Shown in pieces: positions 1-21,725 of a stretch of DNA of 64,000 nucleotides (within the stretch, counting starts at the first letter, position 1; each line of letters starts with the position of its first letter). The stretch is from the human T2T-CHM13v2.0 reference genome, Homo sapiens. A program made the translations under genes and the position numbers. The DNA is taken from the NCBI RefSeq assembly GCF_009914755.1, contig NC_060942.1, one strand, 5' to 3'. Under the pieces are notes generated by a model. The model was not told where the DNA came from and did no database searches. It was given only the letters and a program-made list of their open reading frames with translations.

Positions 1-2204
1 AAAAGCTATATAAACTGAATAGGCTGTCCTTTCCCCAATTTATGTTTTTTTCAAATATATAAATTGAATAGGCCGTCCTTTCCCCAATTTATGTTTTTGT
101 ATGCTTTGTCAAAGATCAGTTGGCTGTATAATATTTGGTTTTATTTCTGGGTTCTCTATTCTGTTTCACTGGTCTAAGAGCCTTTTTTTTTTTCTCCATA
201 ACAGTAACCATGATGTTTTTGGTAACTAGAGCTCTGCAGTATAATTTAAAGTCCAATAATGTGATACCTCCAGATTTGTTCTTTTTTCTTAGTATTACTT
301 TGGCTATTCAGGTTCTTATGGGATTCCATATGAGTTTTAAGATTTTTTTTCTAGTTCTGTGAAAAATTGTGATGGTATTTTGATGGGAATTGCATTGCAT
401 CTGTAAATTGCTTTGGGCAGTATGGTCATTTTCACAATATTGATTCTTCCCATCCATGAGCATGAGATATGTTTCCATTTATTTGTGTCATCTATGATTT
501 CTTTCAGCAGTGTTTTGTAGTTTTCCTTGTAGAGAGCTTTCACCTCCTTGGCTAAGCACATTCCTACATATTTTATTTTTTTGCAACTGTTGTAAAAGGG
601 ATTGACTTCTTGATTTGATTCTCAGCTTGGTCGCTGTTGCTGTACAGCTGTGCTACTGATTTGTATACATTGATTTTGTAACCTGAGACTTTATTGAATT
701 TGTTTATGAGATCTAGGAGTCTTTTGGATGAGTCTTTAGGATTTTCTAGGTGCGTGATCATATCACTGGCAAACAACACTAGTTTGACTTCCTCTTTTCC
801 ACATAGATGCCCTTTATTTCTTTCTCTTAACTGACTGCTCTGGCTAGGACTTCCAGTACTACGTTGAATAGGAAGTGGTAAAAGTGGGCATCCTTTTCTT
901 ATTTCAGTTCTTAGAGGGAATGCTTTCAATTTTTCCCTATTCAGTATGATGTTGGCTATGGGTTTGTCATATATGGCTTTTATTATTTTGAGGTAAGTCC
1001 CTTCTATGCCTAGTTTATTAAGAGTTTTTAACATAAAGGGATGCTGGATTTTATCAAATGCTTTTTCTGCATCTACTGAGATGATCACATGGTTTTTACT
1101 TTTAATTGTTTGTGATATATCATATTTATTGACTTGCATATATTAAAGCATCCCTGCATCCCTGGAACAAAACCCACCTGATCATGGTGTATTATCTTTC
1201 TGATATGCTGTTGGATTCAATTAGCTAGTATTTTTTTGAGGATTTTTGCACCTATGTTCATCAGGGATATTGGTCTGTAGTTTTCCTTGTTCGTTGTGTC
1301 CTTCTCTGGTTTTGGTATTAGGGTGATACTGGCTTCATAAAATGATTTAGGGAGGATTCCTTCTTTCTCTTTCTTTTGGAATAGTTTCAGTAGGATTGTT
1401 ACCAATTCTTTGAATTCCAGTAGAATTCAGCTGTGAATACATCTGGTCATGGGCTTTTTTTGTTGGCAATTTTTAAATTACTGATTCAATCTAACTGCTT
1501 ATTACTGGTCTGCTCAGGGTTTCTGTTTTTTCCTGGCTTAATCTGGGAGGATTGTGTTTCCAAGAATTTATCTATTTCCTCTTAATTTTTTAGTTTGTGC
1601 ATGTAAAGGTTTTCATAATAGTTTCAAATGATCTTTTGTATTTCTATGGTTTTGGTTGTAATGTCTCCTGTTTAATTTCGAATTAAGCTTATTTGGATCT
1701 TCTCTCATCTTTTCTTCAGTAATCTCACTAATGGTCTATCAATTTTGTTTATGTTTTCAAAGAACCAGTTTTTTGTTTCATTTATCTTTTGTATTTTTTG
1801 TGACACTAGCTTGTCAATTTGTGCTCTTTCCGACTTTTTAATGCAGGCATTAAACGCTACGAACTTTCCTCTTAGCACTGCTTTTGCTCTATCCCAGAGG
1901 TTTTGATAACTTGTGTCACTACTATCATTCATTTCAAAGAAGTTTTTAATTTCCATCTTGATTTGTTAACTCAAAAATCATTCATAAACATATTATTTAA
2001 TTTCCATGTAATTGTATAGTTCTGAGCATTCCTTTTGGAGTTGATTTCTAGTTTTATTCCCCTGTGGTCTGAGAAGATATTTGATATTACTTCAATTTTC
2101 TTAAATTTATTGAGACTTATTTTACAGCCTATCATGTGTTCTATCTTGGAGAAGTTCCACGTGCTAATGAGAAGAATGTATATTCTGCAGTTGTTGGGTA
2201 GAGT

Positions 2205-3042
<838 letters not shown>

Positions 3043-6000
3043 GAATGTTCTTTAAATATCTGTTCAGTCCATTGTTCCACAGTGTAGTTTAAGGCCATTG
3101 TTTCTTTGTTGACTTTCTGTCTTGATCTGCCTAGTGCTGTCAGTGGAGGAATACTGAAGTTCGCACTATTACCATGTTGCTGTCTATCTCATTTCTTAGG
3201 TCTAGTAGTAATTGTTTTATAAATCTGGGAGCTCCAGTGTTAGGTGGATGTAAAGTTTAGGATTGTAATATCTTCTTCTTGGATTGATCCTTTTACCATT
3301 ATGTAATGACCTTTTTTATCTTTTTTAAACTGTTATTGCTTTAAAGTCTGTCTGATGTAAAAATAGCTACTCCTGCCTGCTTTTGGCTTTCATTTGCATG
3401 GAATATCTTTTTCCACCCCTTTACCTTGAGTTTATATGAATCCTTATGTGTTAGGCAAGTCTCTTGAAGACAGAAGACATTTGGTTTGTGATTTTTTTAT
3501 CTGTTGGCTGCCATTTTGTATCTTTTAAGTAGAGCACTTAGGACATTTATGTTCAATGTTAATATTGAGATGTGAGGTACTGTTGTATTCATCATGTTAG
3601 TCGATACCTAGATACTTTGTTTTTTTTCATTGTGTTATTGTTTTATAGGCCCTGTGAGTTTTATGCTTCCAACCAGTTCTATTTTGGTACATATTGAGCT
3701 TTTGTTTCACAATTTAGAACTCCTTTTGGCATTTCTTGTAGTGCTGGTTTGGTAGTAGCAAATTCACGTAGAGTTTATTTGTCTGAAAATGACTTCATTT
3801 CTCCTTCATTTATCAAACTTAGTTTTTCTGGATACAAAAAAAAAGTTTTCTGGATACAAAAAAAAGTTTGACTGACAGTTATTCTGTCTAAGGAGGTTAA
3901 AGACAGGACCCCAATCCCTTCCAGCTTATAAGGTTTCTGCTAAGAAGTCTACTGTTAATCATCAGGCTATCTAAAGTCAACATGAAGGAAAGAATTCTAA
4001 GAGCTGTCAGACAAGAGCATCAGGTAACTTATAAAGGATTTTTTATTTTAGATAAGTGAAGTCCTTCTAATTTATTTAACCAAGTATTCACTATACACAT
4101 TTAGTAACATGCAATATAGTATATGTATTAAAAGTTGGCATGTAAAATAACATATCTTTTTCGGCAATTTAACTATATGTATCAACAGTCTCAAAAATAT
4201 TCATACATTTTCACCCACTAATCCCATCCTAAGAATCCTGAGTTACTGTGATCAAATATAAATGCACAATATATTTATACTAGACAAAAATTGGATACAC
4301 AATGGTACATTTAAGGATGTATGGAAGAATGGATTGATAACATGGCCTTCAGGAAGTCTTCCAAAAGTTTCATTACTTTAGGTGATTTTGTTTTTGCAAC
4401 CAGGCTTTTGATAAAGATAAAATAGTAAAAATTTCAATACTACATTCTTGAACCTTGAATTATGTGTTCTCAACACTATATACAGAAACTCTGATATTCA
4501 TTCAGACAAAAATTAGGTTTAAGGTCCACTCAAGAAAATAAAAGGTATATTTCAATAGACAGCATTTCCGATCAAAGACACAACGTTTGGTCAAGGGTGT
4601 TTCTAGGAGTCATGGGAGAGAATAACTGAAAATAACGCTGGGAAATTAGGCTGTGGCCAGACTATGAAAATCTTTAAATGCCCAGATAAGTCTGCATTTT
4701 ATTCTCTAGTTGCAAGGATTTATAAAAGATTTTCAATGTAAAAAATTATGATCCAAAAAGTACCTTTACAAAAAATTAATCTGGCAGCAATAATGCAGTA
4801 CTTTACAGAATCTGAGTTAGAAGAGTTCCTTAAAGGCTTCTGATTCAACTACCCTCAAGGATGGAATGCAGGGAGAGTCCCAGGAGACAGGGACTAAAGG
4901 GCAGGCTGCTGCAGTGATCTGGATTTGAGGGGATATAGAACTCAACAAGTATGGCAGAAATTGGAATAAGAAGGAAGTGATCTGGGTCTTAAAGTTAATG
5001 CAATTTTGTACTAAAATGTAAGTCAACTAACAATTACAACTATAAGCTCTGGATTCTGTCTACAAACATTTTTGTTTTTTATCTTAAGTCACTGGCAGAC
5101 TATGTAAGAAGTCTGGAGCAGAATACCTATCTATCAGTCTGTCTCTCTCTCTCTCTCTCAATACAGGGTCTGGCTCTGCCACCCAGGCTGCAGTGCAATC
5201 ACATGACCTTGACTCACTGCAACCTCTGCCTCATGGGCTCAAGCCATCCTACCACGTCAGCCTCTCACCTCAGCCTCACCCTCCCGGGACTATAGGTGTG
5301 TACCACCACGCCTGGCTAATATCAGTTTTCTTTAATAAAGCACATGGCAGGTAAAAGACTATCCTGTACAAACCCTTGACAGTAAGGGCAGGCTCAATTA
5401 CATTCAACTCTCCAATTCCATTCATCAAATCATCTTAACCCTATTATTACTTATGTAAAATGCAGTTTATCTGTACTGATTTTTCAGAAAATGTCCATAA
5501 TTATCTCTTTTGTAGTATCAATATTACGCATATCTCTAAACAATGTTGATTTCTTCTCAGTTTCTCCAAGTTGGATTAATTATCTGCTCAATCATTGCTA
5601 ATACAGATATACATACCATCATTACGAATGACATGTCATACAGGCAATCTGAAACAAGAGATTTGACTCAAGATTCTTTTTAAAACTTAATTTGGTTGTA
5701 ATTCTGATATAATTTATCGATGTGGTCCAGGTTAAATGAATTAATCTTCATATTTCGTATCACTGGACTTTTTCTACATCTTTTAAATGTGCTTTTCTAC
5801 ATCTTTAAAATGTTTCTACATCTTTTAAATCTCCCTACTTTTTGGTAGTTCTTGACGTGTTTTAAAAGCTCAATGACAGTCATAGTTGCATAACTCTGTG
5901 AATAGAGTAAAACCACTGAATTGTACACTTCACATGTGTGAATTTTGTTATGTGAATTATACCAAATATGACACCGTTATTATCTTAAAGTCTATTGAGA

Positions 6001-6270
6001 ATGAACAGTGCTAAGTAATATAATACTCCAGCCTGCAACTAATAATCAAAATAACCTAACCACTGCCCTTCCCAAGGCTATAACTGCTGATAAAAATATA
6101 TGTTTGTTCAACTGAAGTAAAGAGATGCCATAGGTACACTTGGACAGATACAGAATACTTATGGTCCATTTACTCTAATATTAACATTTCCTCACATTCT
6201 CTGGAAATATAGAAACTGAATCTTGGAGTTGACTAAAGGAAACTAACATGTGATTAAAATAGTTAATCAT

Positions 6271-7757
<1,487 letters not shown>

Positions 7758-7960
7758 TAAAAACATTATTAATCTCTAAAGCAAGCATCCTCTGTGAGTA
7801 GAAACTTTAAATTGCCCTTTTAAAGTTTCAAAATAGTTTTATCAAATATAACTCTTAATTCAAAACCAAAAACTGTTTAAAAATGAAGTCAAACAAAACT
7901 ACAACAGGTCAGTATCTATGTGTTAAAGAGTGATTGTAGGGATAGTGCTTGTCTTTTTAC

Positions 7961-8042
7961 CTTTAGCCATGTCACACTCCTTAATCATTTTGAGAAAGTT
8001 GGAAATTTCCCTATCTAGTCGCTGTTGGCATGACTGTGCTTT
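7961..8042 (-). CDS. OSBPL1A: OSBPL1A coding exon (probably exon 14): KAQSCQQRLDREISNFLKMIKECDMAK(E)
   Basis: 82 nt; acceptor ttttgcag|AAA, donor AAAG|gtaaaa; phase 0 to 1; matches recalled ORP1L sequence. Confidence 0.95.
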
Positions 8043-9988
8043 CTGCAAAAAAAGAAAAGACAAAATTAAAACAAAGTAATAAAAGATTTTACATTACTTA
8101 TGCTTTAGTGTTTCTATCAAAACTTTCAGTACATAGATTGATATACCATAACAGAGACATATGCCTTAAAGAAAAGAAAAAGGTGAGAGAAAATTTCCTT
8201 GTAAACTGAATATAACATTTAATCAAGTGTAAAGTAAAAATAAATATTTTAAAGGTTTAAATACATTCAACATCTGTTGTGTAGATACCATACAATTGCA
8301 TCCATTACTATTACTATCTCATTATGCCATGTGTATCTGAGGAATTATAATTCTCTGATTTATTAGCACTTTTAGTAGGCCTCATGAAATTCATCAAGAA
8401 ATTATAAAATGCATTCCTTAAAAATATATTTTAAAAACTGTTTTGTTCAGAAAAAAAAATCCAGATGGTCCTAACATTTGGAAACCACAAGCTGATTCTC
8501 GTTCAGCAATCTAAGTGCATACAGCCCCCACATCATCAAACCAAAAAGGACATTTTCTTAGTGTGTCAAAGCTTCTGAAAATAAGGTAAAGTCAATTATA
8601 GAAAGCATTCTTCCTTGTAATTTGAAAGTTCTACATTTTTAGATCCCTAAAGGCAAAAAAACATAAATATAGAATTTCTTGATGAAAGTTACATCCCATC
8701 TTAGTGCAGATTTAGAAATCCAAAATGAAAGATCAGTCAAATCCATTTATTACATTAAAAATGTCATTTTGAAGGCAGTTTTATATATCATTTCCCTTTA
8801 AAGAGGTGGGAAGAATAAGCAAGAAAATTATTATTGTAAATTTGCTTGGTTATCAAAATAGAAAATATTTATTCTGAGAATCTTGACCTTATAAACAATC
8901 GAATCACATTCTTTTAGGTAGAGTAATATATTTAGCCTTATGAAACTTCCCTACTTTGTACTCCTAATCTCAGCTAGCCCATCACAAAACATTTTGCACC
9001 CCCAAAATCAAACTTACTATAGATCAGTATGTCAAGGTGGCATAGGTAAATACTCTTTTCTCCTATTTCACCTTATAAATTTTTTAGTGCTTACAAAGTT
9101 CAACTCAACCACAGTAGAATTATTCATGTTATCACATTAGTGACAGGCAATATTCTCTTCAAAATTTGTATTACTCTCCTTTGTTTTGAGGGCTCTAACA
9201 ACACCTACGTACCATTCACTTGGTGGAGAGCAGGGGGAGAATACCTACACTATGCAATTTAAAACACCATATATGCCTGATAATTTTTCCAGACACAGCC
9301 TGTGAATACAGGTTGAGGGGCAGGGAAAAAGTTTATCTAGAGGCACCAAAACATGCACTGCAACCAAATGCATCACTCATGATGAATAGAAAATCATCAT
9401 TCTTGCTCTATACATATTTAATACTCTGCTTATGTGCAAGTCAATGATACTGTTTTATCCTTCCTATGATGAAAGTAAGCTAGAGGCATAAAAGTAAGCA
9501 ATGGCTTCAATTGCAGACTATGAATCTGTAATAAACAGGATAGTTTTCCTAAGTTATAATTAAAGGCAGGAAACACCTTCTATAGCATCATCTTCAAATA
9601 CATGAATCACATTTATCTTCCCTTGAATCATATTTCCATCTAACAGTTATTAATAAGTTTCCTTGATCGACGATTTACTTGTTTTAAAGGGTACATAACA
9701 GGTCAGCTGGAGAAGATCCAATCTACACATACTGTTTTAAGTTGTGTACAAAGTATGTCTTCTGTTCTAAACAACTTAGTGCTTTTTAACTGATACTAAA
9801 AGATACTAAAAAGAAGAGGTTATTAATATAATAAAACATAATATGGTCTCCCATTTGCTTAGTCGCTACTAGTTATATTTTGAAAAACTAAAAATCAATT
9901 TATGAAAGTTAATTCTTATTAATATTTTGCAGAGTCCAACATGGTTTCTCATTTTTGACTTCTATGCCATTGATATTATGTCAGGAAC

Positions 9989-10352
9989 TGATATGATTTG
10001 GCTGTGTCCTCACCCAAATCTCACCTTGAATTATAGCTCCAATAATCCCCATGTTTTGTGGGAGGAACCCGGTGGGAGGTAATTGAATCATGGGGGTGGG
10101 CTTTTCCTGTGCTGTTCTCATGATAGTGAACAAGCCGCATAGGATCTGATGGTTTTATAAAGGGGAGTTCCCCTGCAAAAGCTCTCTTGCCTGCTGCCAT
10201 GTAAGACATGCCTTTGCTCCTCCTTCACCTTCCACCAAGATTGTGAGGCCTCTCCAGCCATGTGGAACTGTGAATCAATTAAACCTCTTTCCTTTATAAA
10301 TTACCCAGTCTGGGGTATGTCTTTATTAGCAGCATGAGAACGAACTAATACA
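9989..10352 (+). mobile_element. THE1 (B/C-type) MaLR solo LTR
   Basis: TGATATGATTTGGCTGTG...ACTAATACA termini, ATTAAA signal, 5-bp TSD GGAAC/GGGAC. Confidence 0.9.
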
Positions 10353-11298
10353 GGGACTCTTTTTAAGTTTTAATTTCTATTTATTTATTCTACATAAATG
10401 GAATCTCACTATGAGCAATGTTATAATACCTAAAGTTTAACAGTATTTTAACTTTGCCCAAGTTATCTGGACAAAGCACACAAGAACAAGGATTAAACCC
10501 ATTGATACAGGGGCCTAGAGGATCAGAAGTTACCCCAGGTGAGCAGCTGAGCCACATTTACAACACAGGTCTCCTGCTTAGAAACCAAAATTTTAGCTGT
10601 TGGTTTTGTATGAGTTAAGCTGATGTTAAATTACCTTATGATCCCTAACCTACAGGGCAGCTCGAAAATGCATATCAAGGGGGTGAATAGCTAGAGAGGA
10701 ATGCATAGGCTAGTAGAGAAGTAATTAATTCCAGGCTATTTGCTGCAGAAAATCCACATTTGGTTAATTAAGCACAGAAGCAGATTGCCACCTACTCAGC
10801 AATAAAAATGAATAAACTACTAATACACACAACATTACGGTGAAAAAAGACACCTAAGAGCACATACTGTATGATTCCATTTACATGAAATTCTACAACA
10901 GGAAAACTGATCATGCTTATAATGACATTGTCATTATATCAGTGTCATTAGGTCAGTGGTTGCCAGAGATGGAAGTGGAGGGTATTATCTGGGAAGAGCA
11001 GCAAGGGAACAACATTTTGACATAATAAAAATGTTCTCTATCTTGATAGGAGTGGTGGTTACACAGACAATACACATTTGTCAGAATACATCAAATTGAA
11101 GACATAAAGTGAATTCCTTTTTTCTGCAAACATTATATTTCAATATTAATTCAAACTTTAAAAATAATAGATTGTCAAACTCTGATCACTTTCTTCTTTG
11201 CAGAAAATGGCCGCTATTACAAGCAGTGGTGCCGTAGCACTTATCTCTAAGTCTTCCTAACTCCAGCCAAATCCACTTCAAAGATAGCCCCATACTCT

Positions 11299-12843
<1,545 letters not shown>

Positions 12844-12957
12844 TGCTCATCACTTCTTGTAACACAAAAACAGTTCAGATCCTACAGAATCAAGACATCT
12901 TCAACAAATAAAACCCCCACTTTGCTAGTACCACCCAGAGCCTCTAAGAGCCTATCC

Positions 12958-13493
12958 CAGCACTGTCCAATAGAACTTTCTATGATGCTGGAAATATTCT
13001 ATATCTTCGCTGTCCGTTGTGGTAGCCACATGTGGCTACTGAGCACTTGAAATGTGGCTAATATGTAGTTAAATATAGTTAAAATGAACAACTGAATTTT
13101 TTTTTTTGAGTCGTCTCACTCTTTCGCCCAGACTGGAGTGCAGTGGCACAATCTCACCTCACTGCAACCTGTGCGCCCCGCCCCGCTGGGTTCAAGCAAT
13201 TCTCTTGCCTCAGCCTCCAGAGTAGCTGGGACTACAGGCGCCCGCCACCATGCCTGGCTAATTTTTGTATTTTTAGCAGAGACCAAGTTTCACCATGTTG
13301 GCCAGGCTGTTCTCAAACTCCTGACCTCAAGTGATCCACCCACCTCAGCCTCCCAAAGTGCTGGGATTACAGGCGTAAGCCACCGTGCCCAGCTGAATAA
13401 CTGAATTTTTAGATTTTAATTAATTTAAATGTAAATAGCCACATGTGTAAATAGCCACAGGAAAGCTAATAGCTATCATATTGGACAGCGCAG
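12958..13493 (+). mobile_element. MER3 (hAT-Charlie) interrupted by AluS - (13097-13393)
   Basis: CAGCACTGTCCAATAGAACTTTC start, TTGGACAGCGCAG end; Alu TSD TGAA(C/T)AACTGAATTTT. Confidence 0.8.
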
Positions 13494-14088
13494 TTCTATA
13501 CCAATACCATGCTTGATTAATTTCTAATTTTTATTTCTGAAATATTTTCAAGTTGCTATTACAGCAACAACCATGAGGTCAATAATTAATTCTAGGACTT
13601 GTTTTATAGAATTATATTGTATAAGACAATGTTTACCAAAAAATGTTTATACTGAAAAACTAACTCACTCTCTCTCTCTCTTTCCTTCTAAGAGACAGGG
13701 ACTCACTATATTGCCCAGGCTGAACTCAAACCCTTGGGCACAAGTGATCCTTCCACCTCAGCCTTTCCCTCATTTCTTATAGGTCTGTGTACTAATCCAA
13801 AAGCATGTTAAGGAAATAAAATCAGTTTTGTTGTTAATTCAGATGATTTTAGAGTATATCAGTCCTAGAATGACTAATTCCCCTTAGAATGTCTATAGGT
13901 ATCAAGAATAGACCTTTCCATAAATTGGCCCCTGAATTTCACTGGAACTTAAAAACTCAAGAATGAAGGGCATCCTGGAGCCAGTCTACTGACAAGCTAT
14001 GATTCAACACACTTCAAAGCTCATTTTGGATTTTACCTATTTTGAACCAGTCTCCAGATGTTGAGACAGAATCAAGATTCACAGCATT

Positions 14089-18507
<4,419 letters not shown>

Positions 18508-18573
18508 TTATATTCTCCGTGTCTTTAAATGTTCTGTAAGTTTTAGGAAAGATACATGAATCCATAAGATTAC

Positions 18574-18672
18574 CTCTCTTGACTGCTGAAGGCTATTCTT
18601 AGGAACCCGGAAGCCATGAATGGTGTCATCAAAGCATTTAATAAAGAAGAGGCAGCTATCAGTGGATTTTAC
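18574..18672 (-). CDS. OSBPL1A: OSBPL1A coding exon (probably exon 12), PH domain: VKSTDSCLFFIKCFDDTIHGFRVPKNSLQQSRE
   Basis: 99 nt; acceptor tccaag|GTA, donor GAG|gtaatc; contained in ORF 18508..18711. Confidence 0.96.
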
Positions 18673-19160
18673 CTTGGATATAAAGAAGTCAGTAAGACAA
18701 CATTCATTCACATAAAAGAGGACCCTAAAATTATCTATACATAAAATTTAAAGTAGTGACATGACTTAACGATACCCAGTTGAACACTTAAGTATTGACA
18801 GATAAAAATTGGAAAAAAATAGATTACAGTGGGAGTATCAAATGCACTGTAGAACTATGTTGAGTCTGGCTCTCAACTTCTTAGTTACTCAACATAAATA
18901 CTATGGTTCATCAGGTTTGTCGTTTTATTTTTATCTTTTCTTAAGTATAACTTAACATGCACTTGGGTTATAAAATCGTTTAGCTACCACAGTTCCCATT
19001 TTTTATTCATACCCGTCGCCTTACCTTTTTGTTTGAGCTGAGTATAAAATAATCAGCAGTAGATAATGTTGATAAAGAAGGAGAAAAGGGAAAGAGAGTA
19101 AGACGGATCAGAAATAATTATGGGTTTTAAAATAAAAATTTGGCATGAAAAGGATTTTAA

Positions 19161-19288
19161 GCCATTTATGCCAGAGGTTGCAAAATGTTTTGTGAAAAAT
19201 CAGACCTTGGCGATGACCTTGAGCAGTAGGATATAAATAACTCCCACAAGCTTAGCGTTCCAATAATGGAACACCAGGCATAAATGGG
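19161..19288 (-). mobile_element. MER85 non-autonomous piggyBac element
   Basis: TTAA TSDs at 19157-19160 and 19289-19292; TIRs (G/C)CCATTTATGCC...GGCATAAATGGG; internal palindrome GTTCCAATAATGGAAC. Confidence 0.9.
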
Positions 19289-19872
19289 TTAAGAATGGGA
19301 AAAGGTAGATTTCTTCAAGACCCTATCAGAGGCCCCCCACCTGTTGCAGAAAACAACTATAAAACCCGGATACGAAAGAAAAGGCAACCACATGGAGGAA
19401 CCTGGACCTGAACAAAAGCTGACAGACTCCGATGGGAGTCACGCTCTCTGGAGGAAAGGGGCCAAGGAGCTGTGGAAGTAAGTTCCCATGCCTAAGGTTT
19501 TGCACCTGGGACTAAGCACAGTCCACATGGTGACAGGACAGCAGCAAGGGCACATGTGGCAACTCCTGTCTTTGGACATTAATAAAGCAAACCTGGGAAC
19601 CCATAAGCACCAAGGAGAACAGGGGAATCCCCCAAGGGAAAGAGACAGAGAGATGGTCCCCAGATTCTGTCTGCTACTCACATCTCTGACTCATGAGCCA
19701 CACACACATAGAAGCAGCTCATATAAACACAACCTATCTGAACTGAGTCCAGAGCCACTGCCCAAGACACATAGCTCATAATCCAAACCGAACCAAGAAA
19801 AGGACTTGCTGCAATGGACAACACTTAACAGAGAAAAACAACAGAATCCAAAATCTCCAGAACTCAACATTC

Positions 19873-20273
19873 ATAATATTAATAATATTATGATTATTAT
19901 ATATTATAATCATATTAATATTATTATATATTATAATCATAATATAATTAATTATATATATTATATAGTAAAATATAAAATTATAATATAATATATAATA
20001 TATAATAAAGTATATTATATACTATATAATAAAATATATAATATATGTAATATATTATATAATAAAATATATAATATAATATATAGTATATATTATATAA
20101 TAAAAAATATAATATAATATATAGTATATATTATATAATAAAATATATAATATATAGTATATATTATATAATAAAATATATAATATATAGTATATATTAT
20201 ATAATAAAATATATTAAAGATATTATATATTATATAATATTATAATTATATAATAATAATATTAATAATATTA
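19873..20273. repeat. AT-rich minisatellite / low-complexity tract, ~31-36-bp unit TATATTATATAATAAAATATATAATATATAG
   Basis: ~400 bp almost entirely A/T with several near-perfect unit copies at 20030-20215. Confidence 0.9.
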
Positions 20274-20639
20274 AGAGTACCATCCAAAATTACCTGACAT
20301 ACGGGCTGGGTGCGGTGTCTCATGCCTATAATCCCAGCACTTTGGTAGGCCAAGGCAGGAGGATTGCTTGAGGTCAGGAGTTCGAGACCAGCCTAACCAA
20401 CATGGCAAAACCCCGTCTTTACCAAAAAACACAAAAATTAGCCGGGCATGGCAGTGTTCACCTATAATCCCAGCTACTCAGGAGGCTGAGGCAGAGAACT
20501 GCTTGAACCTGGGAGGTGGAGGTTGCAGTAAGCTGAGATCGTGCCACTGCCCTCCAGCCTGGGAGACAGAGCGAGATTCCATCTCAAAAAAACAGAAACA
20601 AGAACAAAACAAAACCAAACCCACAATTACCTGACATAT

Positions 20640-21180
20640 GAAGAAGCATGAAAGTAGAACACATTCACAAAAGAAAAATCCAATTAAAAGGCAAAAATTG
20701 CCAGAATGGGTAATAGGAACTAAAACATACGCTATCTCCAAGAGACAGAAAATAAATATAAAGATACATATAGGCTAAAAGCAAATGGATAGGAAAAAGA
20801 CACCATGCGAACAGTAAACATAAGAAGGCCAAAGTGGTTATGTTCATATCAGACAAAATAAATTTTAAAACAAAATGTATTACAAGAGATAAAGAGGGCC
20901 ACAAAACAATAAAAGGATCAATTAATCAAGAAGACAACAATCATAAGTATGTTATCAATAACAGAGAAGGAAATGCAACATTCCACAAGCACAGTAGGAC
21001 ACTTTCACATTCCTCTTTCAGCAACTGATACAACCACTAGCCAAAACCAAGACACAAAAGATCTGAATGCTATCAACCACCATGACTGAATTAATATTGA
21101 TAGGTCCCTACAACCAACAACAATAGCAAAACAACCAACAATAATAGCAAAATACACATTCTTTTCAATTGCATGTACTA
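20640..21180 (+). mobile_element. Old L1M ORF2 endonuclease-region fragment
   Basis: ORF 20834..21028 ISDKINFKTKCITRDKEGH...KGSINQED matches L1 EN. Confidence 0.8.
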
Positions 21181-21473
21181 GGATATTTCATCATCAAATA
21201 AGCCTGGGTAAATTTGACAAATATTTTTGGACAATCCATCTCTCATTCCATAATAATACATGGAGATAAATAAAAGTTAACTATATTTTAAAATTTTGTT
21301 CAAAATGGAGATGCCACGACTTTACTTGTTATCAAATTAAAATATATACAAGTGTTTTCTACAGCATTCCACAGAACCCCAAGATTTTACAAGGCTGTAT
21401 AAATGATTTGGGTCAATCACTTGAAGAACTGATTTCACAGTTAGAGGAGCAAATGATCCATGTTTCATCCTAC

Positions 21474-21537
21474 CGTGCATACTGCTTGAGTCAGGTGTTT
21501 GCATCCCTGGCGATAAATATTATGAACTGCATCAGGC
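21474..21537 (-). CDS. OSBPL1A: OSBPL1A coding exon (probably exon 11), PH domain: (Q)PDAVHNIYRQGCKHLTQAVCT
   Basis: 64 nt; acceptor ttttgaag|G, donor ACG|gtagga; follows a 114-nt intron; phase 2 to 0. Confidence 0.95.
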
Positions 21538-21651
21538 CTTCAAAATAAAAATGAAATTATCAAGACAAAAGGAAAAGAGACAAGTGAAAAAAATTCGTAT
21601 TTCAAAATTTATACAGTGAAATTTGATAAGTGTAAAGATCATAATACTTAC

Positions 21652-21725
21652 TGTTTCCTATACCATGAAAGGACTCCATGCTCTAACACTACCCAGAATA
21701 ATCTCCAGCCAAAAAATCTTGAACT
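21652..21725 (-). CDS. OSBPL1A: OSBPL1A coding exon (probably exon 10), PH domain: SSRFFGWRLFWVVLEHGVLSWYRK(Q)
   Basis: 74 nt; acceptor ccttag|AGT, donor ACA|gtaagt; OSBP-type PH motif GW..FWVVL..GVLSWY; phase 0 to 2. Confidence 0.96.
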
